DNA from: an uncultured delta proteobacterium
Lineage (GTDB): Bacteria; Desulfobacterota; Binatia; Binatales; Binataceae
Reading direction: 5' to 3'
Assembly (NCBI GenBank): GCA_963794325.1
Contig: CAWCDG010000002.1
Span: 352,001-416,000, forward strand
DNA length: 64,000 nt
Shown: piece by piece, positions 17,803 to 27,802 of the stretch
Layout: each line of letters begins with the position of its first letter
How positions within the stretch are numbered: position 1 is the first letter of the stretch
Made by a program: the position numbers and the translations under genes
Notes under the pieces: model-generated
Databases searched by the model: none
Seen by the model: only the letters and a program-made list of their open reading frames with translations
Told to the model about the DNA's origin: nothing

Positions 17803-20322
17803 ATGAACGCTCGACATCAAAAGACTGTACCGATTCTTGCGGTAGTTGCACTGCTGATCGTCGCAAGCTTCAGCGCAACCAGAGTGTCGGCTCAAGAAAT
17901 CAGCGGCGTACCTGGCTCACCCAGCTCCACTATGACGCTTGATGGCAAACAACTCCCGCCGCCACCACTGCCGTTCGGTGGCGTGATCAAGGAAAGCGCC
18001 AAGGATTCCACGCCGTGGTGGCCGCCGCGGGTAGTGCCGCCCAAGGGCGCGCCCAACATCCTTCTAATTATGACTGACGACCAGGGTTACGGTGTTTCAG
18101 GCACCTTCGGCGGCGTCATTCCGACGCCTGCGATGGATCGCATCGCCAACGCCGGCTTGCGCTACACCGAGTTCCACTCCACCGCGCTCTGCTCGCCAAC
18201 CCGCGCGGCGCTGATCACGGGGCGCAACCATCACTCGGTGGGCTTCGGCGTGATCGGCGAATTGTCCACGGGCTATCCGGGCTATGACTCTATCATCGGG
18301 CCCGACGACGCCACCATCGGCACCATTTTGCGAGACAATGGTTACGCCACTTCCTGGTTCGGCAAGGACCACAACATTCCCGCCTTTCAATACAGCGCCG
18401 CAGGGCCTTTCGACCAATGGCCGGTCGGCATGGGCTTCCAGTATTTTTACGGGTTCCTCGGCGGGGAGACCGACCAGTGGACGCCTTACCTTTATCGAAA
18501 TACGACCCCGGTGTTCCCGTGGATCGGTAAGCTAGGATATAACCTCACCACCGACATGGCGGACGATGCGATCAAGTACATGCACGATCTAAGCGCGGTT
18601 GCACCCGACAAGCCGTTCTTTGTTTATTACGTTCCGGGTGGCACCCACTCGCCGCACCAGCCGACCAAGGAATGGATCGAGAAGTTCAATGGCAAGTTCG
18701 ACATGGGTTATGAAAAGTTGCGCGAGCAGATATTCGCCAACCAGAAACGGCTCGGTGTGATTCCCGCGGATACCCAGTTGACTCCCTGGCCCGACGGGCA
18801 AACCGCATACGGTGGCGCAAAACTGCCGAGGTGGGACTCGCTCTCGATACTCCAGAAGAAGCTCTACTCCCGCGAAGCAGAAGTCTTCGCCGCCTATGCT
18901 GCCTACACCGATCATGAGATTGGCCGCGTGATCCAGGAGGTTCAGGACGAAGGCAAGCTCGACAACACGCTCATCATCTATATCAGCGGCGATAATGGCA
19001 CCAGCGCGGAAGGCACCCTCGAGGGAACATATAACCAGATGACCGCCTACAACGGCCTGCTTACCCTGCCGATGCCTCTGCAGATGCTGCACTACGAAGA
19101 TTGGGGCTCGGACAAGACCTACCCTCATATGTCAGTGGCCTGGTCGTGGGCGTTTGACACTCCGTTCAAGTGGACCAAGCAGGTAGCGTCGCATTTCGGC
19201 GGCACGCGGCAAGGGATGGCCATTTCATGGCCCGGCCACATCACGGACGTCGGCGGCATCCGCCCGCAGTTCCACCATGTGATTGATATTGTGCCCACAC
19301 TGCTCGAAGCCACCGGCATCAAGGCGCCTGAGGAGGTTAATGGGATCAAGCAGAAGCCGATTGAAGGCGTGAGCATGGCCTACACGTTCGACAAGGCAAA
19401 CGCCAACGCTCCGTCGAAACACGACACGCAGTATTTCGAGATGGTCGGTAACCGCGCGATTTATCACGACGGTTGGATCGCCTCGACGACGCCTCCTGCC
19501 GCGCCGTGGCTCCTTGCAACGGGCAAGTTGACCGACGTCAACGACTACAACTGGGAACTTTACCACATCACCGAAGACTACTCGCAAAACAACGACCTGG
19601 CCGCTAAGATGCCGGACAAGCTGAAGGAAATGCAGGCGTTGTTCCTGACTGAGGCCGCAAAATACCAGGTCCTGCCACTCGACAACACGGGCTTCTCGCG
19701 ACTCCTTACTCCGCGTCCAAGCGCAGTTGCCGGGCGAACGGTTTTCACCTACACGGGCGAGAACTCCAACATTCCGGTGGGAAATGCTCCCAGCATTTTG
19801 GACAAGGACTACACCATCACTGCCGACGTGACGGTCCCGCAAGGTGGGGCGGAAGGAATGATAGTGACCTTGGGCGGCCGCTTCGGCGGCTACGGCCTCT
19901 ATTTGCTCAAAGGCAAGCCGGTCTTCGATTATAATATGCTCGACTTGACTCACTACCGCTGGGAGGGCGGGGTGTTAGGCCACGGCTTGACGGCTGATGC
20001 GCTCGAGCCGGGCAAGCATACGATAGTATTCGATTTCAAATACGACGGACCGGGGCCAGGCAAGGGTGGTACAGGCGTGTTCACTGTCGATGGCAAAGAG
20101 ATAGCTCGCAAGAAGATTCCGCACACGATTCCATTACTCATGTCGATAGACGAGACCTTTGACGTTGGGAGCGATACCCGTACCGCCGTGAACGACGACT
20201 ATAAGCTGCCGTTCCGCTTCACCGGCACGATCGACAAGCTGACTTTCAACCTCGGTCCGGAGCAACTGACCGACGCGGATCGAAAGGCCATCGCAGAGAA
20301 ACTGGCAAGGGCCAGGGACTAG
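17803..20322 (+). CDS. Arylsulfatase (large AtsA-like, Cys-type)
   Basis: PNILLIMTDDQG, LCSPTRAALITGRNHH, FGKDH, SGDNG; C-terminal LamG-like extension; signal peptide. Confidence 0.92.
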   Translation: MNARHQKTVPILAVVALLIVASFSATRVSAQEISGVPGSPSSTMTLDGKQLPPPPLPFGGVIKESAKDSTPWWPPRVVPPKGAPNILLIMTDDQGYGVSGTFGGVIPTPAMDRIANAGLRYTEFHSTALCSPTRAALITGRNHHSVGFGVIGELSTGYPGYDSIIGPDDATIGTILRDNGYATSWFGKDHNIPAFQYSAAGPFDQWPVGMGFQYFYGFLGGETDQWTPYLYRNTTPVFPWIGKLGYNLTTDMADDAIKYMHDLSAVAPDKPFFVYYVPGGTHSPHQPTKEWIEKFNGKFDMGYEKLREQIFANQKRLGVIPADTQLTPWPDGQTAYGGAKLPRWDSLSILQKKLYSREAEVFAAYAAYTDHEIGRVIQEVQDEGKLDNTLIIYISGDNGTSAEGTLEGTYNQMTAYNGLLTLPMPLQMLHYEDWGSDKTYPHMSVAWSWAFDTPFKWTKQVASHFGGTRQGMAISWPGHITDVGGIRPQFHHVIDIVPTLLEATGIKAPEEVNGIKQKPIEGVSMAYTFDKANANAPSKHDTQYFEMVGNRAIYHDGWIASTTPPAAPWLLATGKLTDVNDYNWELYHITEDYSQNNDLAAKMPDKLKEMQALFLTEAAKYQVLPLDNTGFSRLLTPRPSAVAGRTVFTYTGENSNIPVGNAPSILDKDYTITADVTVPQGGAEGMIVTLGGRFGGYGLYLLKGKPVFDYNMLDLTHYRWEGGVLGHGLTADALEPGKHTIVFDFKYDGPGPGKGGTGVFTVDGKEIARKKIPHTIPLLMSIDETFDVGSDTRTAVNDDYKLPFRFTGTIDKLTFNLGPEQLTDADRKAIAEKLARARD

Positions 20323-20358
20323 GCCATTGGCGTTGGAATCACGGAATCTGCGGCCATC

Positions 20359-20784
20359 TTGATGAATAGTTCTTCGTCAGTGTACGCTCTGCAGTTTGCG
20401 ACCGCGGTGATTGAGGCAGGAGCCGGCTTCGCGCTACTGATTTTTCCTTCCAGAGCGGCAAGACTCCTGCTCGGCGCGCCACTGGATACGCCCGATGCGT
20501 TGACAGTCGCGCGCGTCGGCGGAATGGCCTTGCTCACTTTGGGTGCCGCGTTCTGGCTCGCTCGCGGTGACGCGCAAAGCCGTGCCTCGAAAGGAATGAT
20601 CGCCGCGATTTTGCTCTACAACGTCGGCGCAGTGTTCATCCTTGGCAGTTTAGGTATCGGGTCGCCGCGCGTCGGTGTAGCGCTATGGCCGGCGGTCGTG
20701 CTGCATACTGCGATGACCGCATGGTGCATTATGAGCGTTCGACAGTTGGGCGGCGCCGAAGAGGCAGATAGTCTCCGTCAATAG
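20359..20784 (+). CDS. Small 4-TM membrane protein
   Basis: Four hydrophobic segments; co-oriented within the operon. Confidence 0.6.
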   Translation: MMNSSSSVYALQFATAVIEAGAGFALLIFPSRAARLLLGAPLDTPDALTVARVGGMALLTLGAAFWLARGDAQSRASKGMIAAILLYNVGAVFILGSLGIGSPRVGVALWPAVVLHTAMTAWCIMSVRQLGGAEEADSLRQ

Positions 20785-20794
20785 CAATCGCGCA

Positions 20795-21469
20795 ATGAGC
20801 TATAACCAACCAATCGGGGATACCTCGCTAATCGCATGTCTGCATTGCGATTTGCTGCAGCGCATCCCCGATCTTGAGCCCGGGGCTTCCGCGCGTTGCC
20901 CGCGATGTAACAAGGAGCTATGGCGCCACCGTGTCGACTCACTCAACCGCACCCTCGCACTGACCCTAGGCGCGGCATTGCTGTACGTAATCGCGAACTC
21001 GGTACCTATGCTCGGTCTTACCATCGTCGGGCGCGACGCTTCGACTACTGTAATCGGAGGCGCGCAGCATCTGTGGGATAACGGACAGAAGATAGTCGGA
21101 GTGTTAGTCCTCTTCACCGCAGTCATCGCACCTGCCCTTCAGATCGGCTTGATGCTGGCTATCGTGCTCGGAGGGATGCGCGCGCGACCGCCGAGATGGG
21201 TAGGAACGCTGCTCCGCTATCATCCGACGACGCGCATCTGGAGCATGATCGAAGTCATGATGGTCGGTGTGCTGGTCGCCTTGGTCAAGATTGCGGACTA
21301 CGCTACCGTGATTCCGGGAATGGCGCTATTCGTGCTCTGGATACTTGTTTTCGTCCTCGCCGGGATGTCGGCTGCCTTTGACTCGCGAGATGTTTGGGAG
21401 AGAATCCAGTGGGCGGGCGAAGCCGAGCGCGACGCTGCGGGTGAGGCTCTTGCGGAGGGAACATCGTGA
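20795..21469 (+). CDS. pqiA: Paraquat-inducible protein A, first half
   Basis: CLHCD...CPRC zinc-ribbon-like motif, 'WSMIEV' signature, TM helices. Confidence 0.85.
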   Translation: MSYNQPIGDTSLIACLHCDLLQRIPDLEPGASARCPRCNKELWRHRVDSLNRTLALTLGAALLYVIANSVPMLGLTIVGRDASTTVIGGAQHLWDNGQKIVGVLVLFTAVIAPALQIGLMLAIVLGGMRARPPRWVGTLLRYHPTTRIWSMIEVMMVGVLVALVKIADYATVIPGMALFVLWILVFVLAGMSAAFDSRDVWERIQWAGEAERDAAGEALAEGTS

Positions 21470-22122
21470 GCTCTGCTGGTATCACCGCGATGCAGCAAGG
21501 TCTGCAAAGCTGCGAAGGCTGCGGGCTGCTCTCGCGTCCCGAGCCGGGCGAGCAAGAAGGGCGATGCCCGCGCTGCGACGAAAAACTTGAATTTCGAAAG
21601 CCCGACAGCTTCCAGCGGACGTGGGCGTTCCTGATTGCGGCCGCAGTCTGCTACATCCCGGCCAATGTGCTTCCCGTGCTGACGACGACGACGGCGGCAG
21701 GCGCCGAGTCGGACACTATTATGCAAGGTGTAGTGTTGCTGTGGTCGCCGACGGGATGGCCGTTGTCGATCATCGTGCTCGTCGCGAGCATCATGATTCC
21801 CAGCGCGAAGATTCTCGCGCTCGGCTACCTGTTAATCACCACCCAGCGCGGCTCGGTCGCCAATAACGAACAGCGGATCCGAATGTACCGGATGGTCGAG
21901 TTCATCGGACGATGGTCGATGGTCGACGTGTTCGTCGATACTTTCACGGCGGCGTTGATTCAGCTCCAGCCACTAATGTCAGTGGAGCCGGGGCCGGGTC
22001 TGATCTTCTTCGCGGCGGTGGTGGTGTTTACGATGCTCGCGGTCGAAGCGTTCGATCCACGGCTAATCTGGGATTCCATCAGTTCGCAAGAGGCAAATTC
22101 GAAAGAGGTTACATATGCCTGA
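21466..22122 (+). CDS. pqiA: Paraquat-inducible protein A, second half
   Basis: CEGC...CPRC, YIPANVLP, GRWSMVDVFV, FDPRLIWD. Confidence 0.88.
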   Translation: MSSAGITAMQQGLQSCEGCGLLSRPEPGEQEGRCPRCDEKLEFRKPDSFQRTWAFLIAAAVCYIPANVLPVLTTTTAAGAESDTIMQGVVLLWSPTGWPLSIIVLVASIMIPSAKILALGYLLITTQRGSVANNEQRIRMYRMVEFIGRWSMVDVFVDTFTAALIQLQPLMSVEPGPGLIFFAAVVVFTMLAVEAFDPRLIWDSISSQEANSKEVTYA

Positions 22123-23704
22123 TCGCGATCCGCCACGCTCGTCAGTCCCCGAATCGAGGAACGTGCCTAAGAAGCGCACGCGGCTGTCGCTGGTTTGGTT
22201 CATTCCGATTCTGGCGGCAGTTGTCGGCGCATGGGTGGCTGTGACGCGAGTGCTGAGCGAAGGCCCCAAGATAACGATCGTTATGAAATCGGCGGAAGGA
22301 CTGGAGGCTGGCAAGACAAAGATCCATTACAACGGCGTCGATATCGGCACGGTAAGAACAATAGAGCTATCGCCGGATCATCAAACCGTGATCCTGAAAG
22401 CGCAGATGGCGCCCAAGACAGAGACCTTCCTCGTCAAAGATACCAAGTTCTGGGTCGTGAGGCCGCGAATCTCGGGCGCCAACATTACGGGGCTCGGCAC
22501 GCTTATTTCCGGAGCCTACATAGGTGTGGAAATAGGCTCTTCACAGGAAGAGCAAAACGACTTTGTGGCGCTCGAAACACCTCCCATCATAACCGGCGAT
22601 ATTCCCGGGCGCTTCTTCATTTTGAAAACACCTGACTTAGGCTCGCTGGACACCGGCACTCCAATTTACTTCAGGCGGTTACAAGTCGGCCAGGTCGCAT
22701 CCTATGCGCTCGACAAGGACGGTAAGAATCTGACTGTCAAGGCGTTCGTGCAAGCGCCGTACGACCAGTACGTCAACCCTAACACTCGCTTCTGGCATGC
22801 GAGCGGAGTCGACGTGTCGCTCTCGGCGAGCGGTCTTACTGTACAGACTCAGTCGGTGTTGTCGATCCTTATAGGTGGCATCGCGTTCGAAACCGCACCG
22901 ACCGTTTTGGTCTTGCCACCGTCCGAAGAGAATGCAGTATTTACCCTGTACAGCAACCGGACCGAGGCCTTCAACCCACCTCCGCGCAATCCGCAAACCT
23001 ACGTGCTCATTTTCAAGGAGTCGGTTCGAGGCCTGACAGTAGGGGCGCCCGTCGAGTTCCGCGGTATTCCAATCGGCGAGGTAGCGGATATTCGCGCGCA
23101 AATCGACCTGAAGAATTTCGAGTTTTCAGTACCGGTGACCATTCGGCTGGACCCGACCCGGCTCGGAGTAAAGGTCGTTGATGCGTCGGCTTTCGTGGAT
23201 CTCGGGTCGATGCGTCGGAGGCTGATCGACAGCTTGATAGCTCACGGCGCTCGTGCGCAGCTCGCGACTGGCAGCCTGCTGACCGGAGCCGTTTATGTGT
23301 CGATCGACTTTTTCCCCGGAGCGCCGCCGGCGACGGTGGACTGGTCGCAGCAGCCGCCCCAGATTCCGACTACTCCCGGACAATTCCAGGCGACCGAGGC
23401 GACCGTCGAGAATATCGTCAAGAAGCTCGACAAGGTGCCCTTCCAGGAGATCGGGGTAGACCTACAAAAGGCTATCTCCCAGCTGGATGCAACCTTGGTC
23501 AGCGCACAAGGGACGCTAACCAGCGCGCGCGGCACTCTCGACAATACCACCACGCTCACCGGACCAAATTCGGCGCAGGTCCAGCAAGTAAGCAGCACCT
23601 TGCAGGAAGTGAGCCGCGCCGCGCGATCGTTGCGCGTGCTGGCAGACTATCTCGAGCGTCATCCCGAGGCGCTCCTTCGAGGCAAGACGGGGGAGGCGAA
23701 GTGA
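22115..23704 (+). CDS. pqiB: PqiB MCE-domain intermembrane transport protein
   Basis: VWFIPI TM, AEGLEAGKTKI, three MCE repeats, helical C-terminus ending LERHPEALLRG. Confidence 0.92.
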   Translation: MPDRDPPRSSVPESRNVPKKRTRLSLVWFIPILAAVVGAWVAVTRVLSEGPKITIVMKSAEGLEAGKTKIHYNGVDIGTVRTIELSPDHQTVILKAQMAPKTETFLVKDTKFWVVRPRISGANITGLGTLISGAYIGVEIGSSQEEQNDFVALETPPIITGDIPGRFFILKTPDLGSLDTGTPIYFRRLQVGQVASYALDKDGKNLTVKAFVQAPYDQYVNPNTRFWHASGVDVSLSASGLTVQTQSVLSILIGGIAFETAPTVLVLPPSEENAVFTLYSNRTEAFNPPPRNPQTYVLIFKESVRGLTVGAPVEFRGIPIGEVADIRAQIDLKNFEFSVPVTIRLDPTRLGVKVVDASAFVDLGSMRRRLIDSLIAHGARAQLATGSLLTGAVYVSIDFFPGAPPATVDWSQQPPQIPTTPGQFQATEATVENIVKKLDKVPFQEIGVDLQKAISQLDATLVSAQGTLTSARGTLDNTTTLTGPNSAQVQQVSSTLQEVSRAARSLRVLADYLERHPEALLRGKTGEAK

Positions 23705-24294
23705 TGGCACGACGTATCGCGCAACTGGTCTCGATCGGGTTGGTGGCTGCGCTTGTATCAGGATGCAGCACTGCTCCGTCGCGGTTCTACTCTTTGGCCC
23801 CGACCGCAACTGCAGACGGCACGCCGCCAACCACAGGCTCGGTGATGGTAGGTCCGGTCTCGATACCCGCCGCAGTAGATCAGCCTGAGTTTGTGGTGCA
23901 GGTCGCCCCGAACCGCGTTCAAGTCGATGAGTTCAATCGATGGGTTTCGCCGCTGGGTGATTCGATAGCTCGCGCAGTCGCCGGCGATCTCGTCGTCCTG
24001 CTCGGCACGCCAGACGTCGCCAGTTCACAGTTGGCGAATTGGGTTCCGGATTACAGAGTGACGATCGACGTGCAGCGCTTCGAGTCGGTTCAAGGTCAGG
24101 CAGCTACGCTCGAGGCGGTATGGACGGTGCGCAAGAGCGCGGGCGGTGAGACTCGATCGGGACGCACCGTCGCGCGCGAACCCGTGCAGGGTCAGGGTTT
24201 CGAAGCGCTTGCGGCCGGGCACAGTCAGGCAATAGCAAAGATGAGCGGCGACATCGCAGCGGCGATTCGCGCCGAAGCCGAGCAGAAGTCTTAA
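23701..24294 (+). CDS. pqiC: PqiC-family lipoprotein
   Basis: Lipobox VSGC, 'VGPVSIPAAVDQPEFV...RWVSPL'; directly follows pqiB. Confidence 0.85.
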   Translation: MMARRIAQLVSIGLVAALVSGCSTAPSRFYSLAPTATADGTPPTTGSVMVGPVSIPAAVDQPEFVVQVAPNRVQVDEFNRWVSPLGDSIARAVAGDLVVLLGTPDVASSQLANWVPDYRVTIDVQRFESVQGQAATLEAVWTVRKSAGGETRSGRTVAREPVQGQGFEALAAGHSQAIAKMSGDIAAAIRAEAEQKS

Positions 24295-24343
24295 CAGTCA
24301 ATCTAGCGAGAGACTTAGTTGAAGCGAAGGACAGAATGACCCA

Positions 24344-25939
24344 ATGAGCAGAATGAAACTACTATCGCGGCCCAAGGGCCGATCGTTGCCGTTGATACTT
24401 ACAGCGGCGGTCTTAATGTCCACGTCGCCGGTGATCACCGGATGCTCGCGCGGGGATGATCAACCTGCCGCGGCGCCGTCGGTCCAGGCGGAGCCGAGCG
24501 TCGCTCCGACGGCAGTGCCTGCGGCTCCTCCTCCCGCGGCTGCCGCGGAACCCGGACCGCCGCCCGGTGCTGCAACTGCGCAAGAGTTGCAGGAACTGGT
24601 CTCACCAATTGCTCTTTATCCCGACGTGCTCGTGGCGCAAATCCTCGCCGGATCAACCTATCCGACGCAGGTGGTGGAAGCCGATCGTTGGATGAAGCAG
24701 AACCCCAACCTCACCGGCGATCAGTTGGCCAACCAGGTGAATCAGCAAGCGTGGGATCCGAGCATCAAGTCGCTGACTCAGTTTCCTTCGGTTCTTCAAA
24801 CGATGAACGATAGCCTGGCGTGGACCTCTGAGCTGGGCGAGGCGTACTACAATCAGCCCGCGGACGTGATGAATGCTATTCAGGTCCTGCGCAACATGGC
24901 AGTGAACGCGGGAACACTTAAGTCCACTGAGCAACAGAAAATTGAAGTCCAGCCGAGTCCTCCCGCCGCGCAAGGTAGCGCGCAACCCTCAGTTCAGCAG
25001 ACGGTTATTATCCAACCGGCGCAGCCGAACACGGTTTACGTCCCCCAGTACAATCCGACTACCGCTTACGGTGCACCGGTCGCAGCGCCACCAGGATACA
25101 GCGGCAGCGATTTGCTTCTTACAGGTGTCTTATCGTTCGGAGCCGGGATTTTGCTTGGATCGCTGATCAATAACGGGAACAACAATTGGAACTGCGGTTG
25201 GTACGGAGGCGGCGGTAGCTCGGTCAAGTACAACAACAACGTTTACGTCACTAACAACAACGTGTACCCGGGGCGCTATCCCGCCGGTGGTGGCGGTTAC
25301 CGTCCGCCTGCATACCGTCCGCCTGCATATCGCCCGCCCAATGGAGGATACCCGGGATACCAACCACGACCGGGGCAATATCCGGCGACCAGGCCGGCCA
25401 ACGGTGGCGGCGGGTATAGTCGTCCTAACAATCCAGGAGTGCCCGCGACGCGGCCCTACGACAAGAAGACCGCAAGGCCGGCTAATCCAGATATCGCCAG
25501 ACCTAATTTCCCCAAGTCGAGCACACTCCCTAACAATCCAGCCGGTTCTAATCTGAACAAGAAAGAGGTTGGGAAGAATCGACCCAATCAGCCGGCTAAC
25601 CCTATCGCCGAGAATCGTCCAGCTAATCCTGCCGGCGGAAATCGGCCTGCCACCAAGCCTGCCAATCGTCCGGCCGACCCGGCCCGAGGCTTCGCTAAGG
25701 ACAACAGCAGCACGGGTGGCCGCAATAGCGCGCTAGGTGGATATGAGCCCGGTGGAAACGCGCGAGCATCCAGCGATCGCGGGCAATCCAGCTTCAAGGG
25801 AAATCAGAAACCCGCTGGCGGCGGAGGCAATCGTGGAGGAGGCGGCAACGCCAATCGCGGTGGCGGGGGTGGCGGCGGAAATCGAGGCGGCGGAGGCGGC
25901 GGCGGTGGAAATCGAGGCGGCGGGAAAAAGGGCAGGTGA
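24344..25939 (+). CDS. DUF3300-domain lipoprotein with long disordered Pro/Asn/Gly/Arg tail
   Basis: LVSPIALYPDVLVAQIL, WDPSIKSL.QFP, VYVPQYNP; lipobox ITGC. Confidence 0.85.
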   Translation: MSRMKLLSRPKGRSLPLILTAAVLMSTSPVITGCSRGDDQPAAAPSVQAEPSVAPTAVPAAPPPAAAAEPGPPPGAATAQELQELVSPIALYPDVLVAQILAGSTYPTQVVEADRWMKQNPNLTGDQLANQVNQQAWDPSIKSLTQFPSVLQTMNDSLAWTSELGEAYYNQPADVMNAIQVLRNMAVNAGTLKSTEQQKIEVQPSPPAAQGSAQPSVQQTVIIQPAQPNTVYVPQYNPTTAYGAPVAAPPGYSGSDLLLTGVLSFGAGILLGSLINNGNNNWNCGWYGGGGSSVKYNNNVYVTNNNVYPGRYPAGGGGYRPPAYRPPAYRPPNGGYPGYQPRPGQYPATRPANGGGGYSRPNNPGVPATRPYDKKTARPANPDIARPNFPKSSTLPNNPAGSNLNKKEVGKNRPNQPANPIAENRPANPAGGNRPATKPANRPADPARGFAKDNSSTGGRNSALGGYEPGGNARASSDRGQSSFKGNQKPAGGGGNRGGGGNANRGGGGGGGNRGGGGGGGGNRGGGKKGR

Positions 25940-25946
25940 AAGGCGA

Positions 25947-26894
25947 ATGAAAATGATTACAGTAAAGGCTAAAACCTCCGTCGCTCTTTCAATGCTCCTT
26001 CTAACGTGGTTGCTCCTGACGCCATTCGCGTCAGCCGATGACGCTGCCACTCAGCAAATATTTCCGACCCCTGACGCCGCCGCCAGCGCGCTGGTCGCAG
26101 CTGCCAAAGCGGACGACATGAAAGCGCTGAGCTCAATACTCGGTCCAGACGCGGATCAGATCCTTTCATCCGGAGATCCAGTCGCCGACAAGAACGCGCG
26201 CGACGAGTTCGCGCGCCGCTATCAGGAAATGCATCGCCTGGCCTACGACGACAAGGGTCGCGTCATTCTCTATATCGGCGCCGGGAACTGGCCGGTTCCG
26301 ATTCCCCTCGTAAAGAAGGATAGCAGTTGGGTTTTCGATACAGCGGCCGGCAAAGAAGATCTACTCTTCAGACGAATAGGCCGGAACGAGTTGTTCACAA
26401 TCAAGGTTCTCGAAGATCTCGCTAAAGCCCAGTCCGAATATGCCAGCGATGCGCACGATGGCGCCGTCGAAGGACAGTTCGCGCAGAAGATTCTGAGCGA
26501 TCCCGGTAAGCAGAACGGTTTGTATTGGGAAACCAGCGAAGGTCAGCCGGAGAGTCCCATAGGACCTATGGTCGCAACTGCCACTGCCGCAGGTTACAAG
26601 AGAGACAAAGGCGGAACTCCTATCCCGTTTCATGGGTACTACTACAAAGTACTAACCGGGCAAGGCAAGAACGCTCCAGGCGGCGCAAAACAGTATGTGG
26701 TCGATGGTAAGATGACCAATGGGTTCGCCTTCCTGGCCTATCCCGCCGAGTACCGCGCGTCAGGTGTGATGACGTTCATGATCAATGAGGACGGTGTCAT
26801 CGTCCAAAAGGACCTTGGGCCAGACACGGCAAAGCTCGCGACCGCGATCTCTGAATACAATCCCGACAAGACCTGGGACGAAGTGGACGAGTAA
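25947..26894 (+). CDS. DUF2950-family exported protein
   Basis: WPVPIPLVK, RRIGRNEL, NGLYW, PFHGYYYKVL, YRASGVMTF; the usual partner of DUF3300. Confidence 0.87.
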   Translation: MKMITVKAKTSVALSMLLLTWLLLTPFASADDAATQQIFPTPDAAASALVAAAKADDMKALSSILGPDADQILSSGDPVADKNARDEFARRYQEMHRLAYDDKGRVILYIGAGNWPVPIPLVKKDSSWVFDTAAGKEDLLFRRIGRNELFTIKVLEDLAKAQSEYASDAHDGAVEGQFAQKILSDPGKQNGLYWETSEGQPESPIGPMVATATAAGYKRDKGGTPIPFHGYYYKVLTGQGKNAPGGAKQYVVDGKMTNGFAFLAYPAEYRASGVMTFMINEDGVIVQKDLGPDTAKLATAISEYNPDKTWDEVDE

Positions 26895-26905
26895 GCCCCG
26901 CGACA

Positions 26906-27757
26906 ATGAGGGCTCGGGCAAAGACGTCAGTCGACACCAGGTTTCTCGGCCAACTTCGAGAGGAAGTCCATACTCGATTCGGTCCGCACCGGCATAGTGC
27001 ACTGCTCTTGGCGCTCATCGCTGCGTTCGGGGTGCGCGCCGTCATCGGCGAGAAAGGAGCGGGCTTCATACTATTCAGTGTCGCGCTGGTTTTCCTCCTG
27101 CTGGTGGCGCTGTACAACATCAACGTCGATGAGTTGGTCGGTGAAAGAGGTTTGCTGCTGAACCAGGCGAGGCACCGCCGACTATTGGGTTGGATGCTAG
27201 CAGCCGCAGCAGGAACAGAACGAATAGCGACCATCGTTGCGCCCGGCCCGACGCTCGACATGATCGGTACTGTCTGCTGGCTGCTATTCGTCGCATTTGT
27301 CACGGCCAGCCAGTTGCGCAGCGTTCTCAGGCAGCGAGAGGTGACCGGAGAAACCATTTGCATGGCTGTGTCGGTGTACCTGCTAATGGGCTTTTGCTGG
27401 GCTCTTCTGTACGCAATCATATTCCAGCGGCATCCGGATTCCTTTGCTGGTATCGTAGCCGCAGGCTCCAGCCAGTCGACCCGCTTTCAACACATTTTCC
27501 CGGTTTTCGGCTATTTTAGTCTGACCACCCTCTCAACTATCGGATTTGGCGACATAACCCCGGTAACTCTCCAGGCCCGCTATGCCGCCGTGGCAGAGGG
27601 AATCACCGGACAGTTCTATCTTGCAATCCTGGTCGCGCGGCTGGTCGGGATGCAGATGACTCAGTCTCCAACTCAGCACGCTGAACAAAAAGCTATCGAC
27701 ACTGGCGCAGAAAGAGAAATGAGACACCGCGCTGCAGGCTTATCCTGGCGTGGCTGA
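26906..27757 (+). CDS. Potassium channel family protein (Ion_trans_2)
   Basis: Pore motif YFSLTTLSTIGFGDITP followed by EGITGQFYLAILVARLVG. Confidence 0.82.
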   Translation: MRARAKTSVDTRFLGQLREEVHTRFGPHRHSALLLALIAAFGVRAVIGEKGAGFILFSVALVFLLLVALYNINVDELVGERGLLLNQARHRRLLGWMLAAAAGTERIATIVAPGPTLDMIGTVCWLLFVAFVTASQLRSVLRQREVTGETICMAVSVYLLMGFCWALLYAIIFQRHPDSFAGIVAAGSSQSTRFQHIFPVFGYFSLTTLSTIGFGDITPVTLQARYAAVAEGITGQFYLAILVARLVGMQMTQSPTQHAEQKAIDTGAEREMRHRAAGLSWRG

Positions 27758-27802
27758 TGGGCGCTAGCTAGGAGCGGGTCTGGGAAGCCGGAGGAAACAT
27801 TG

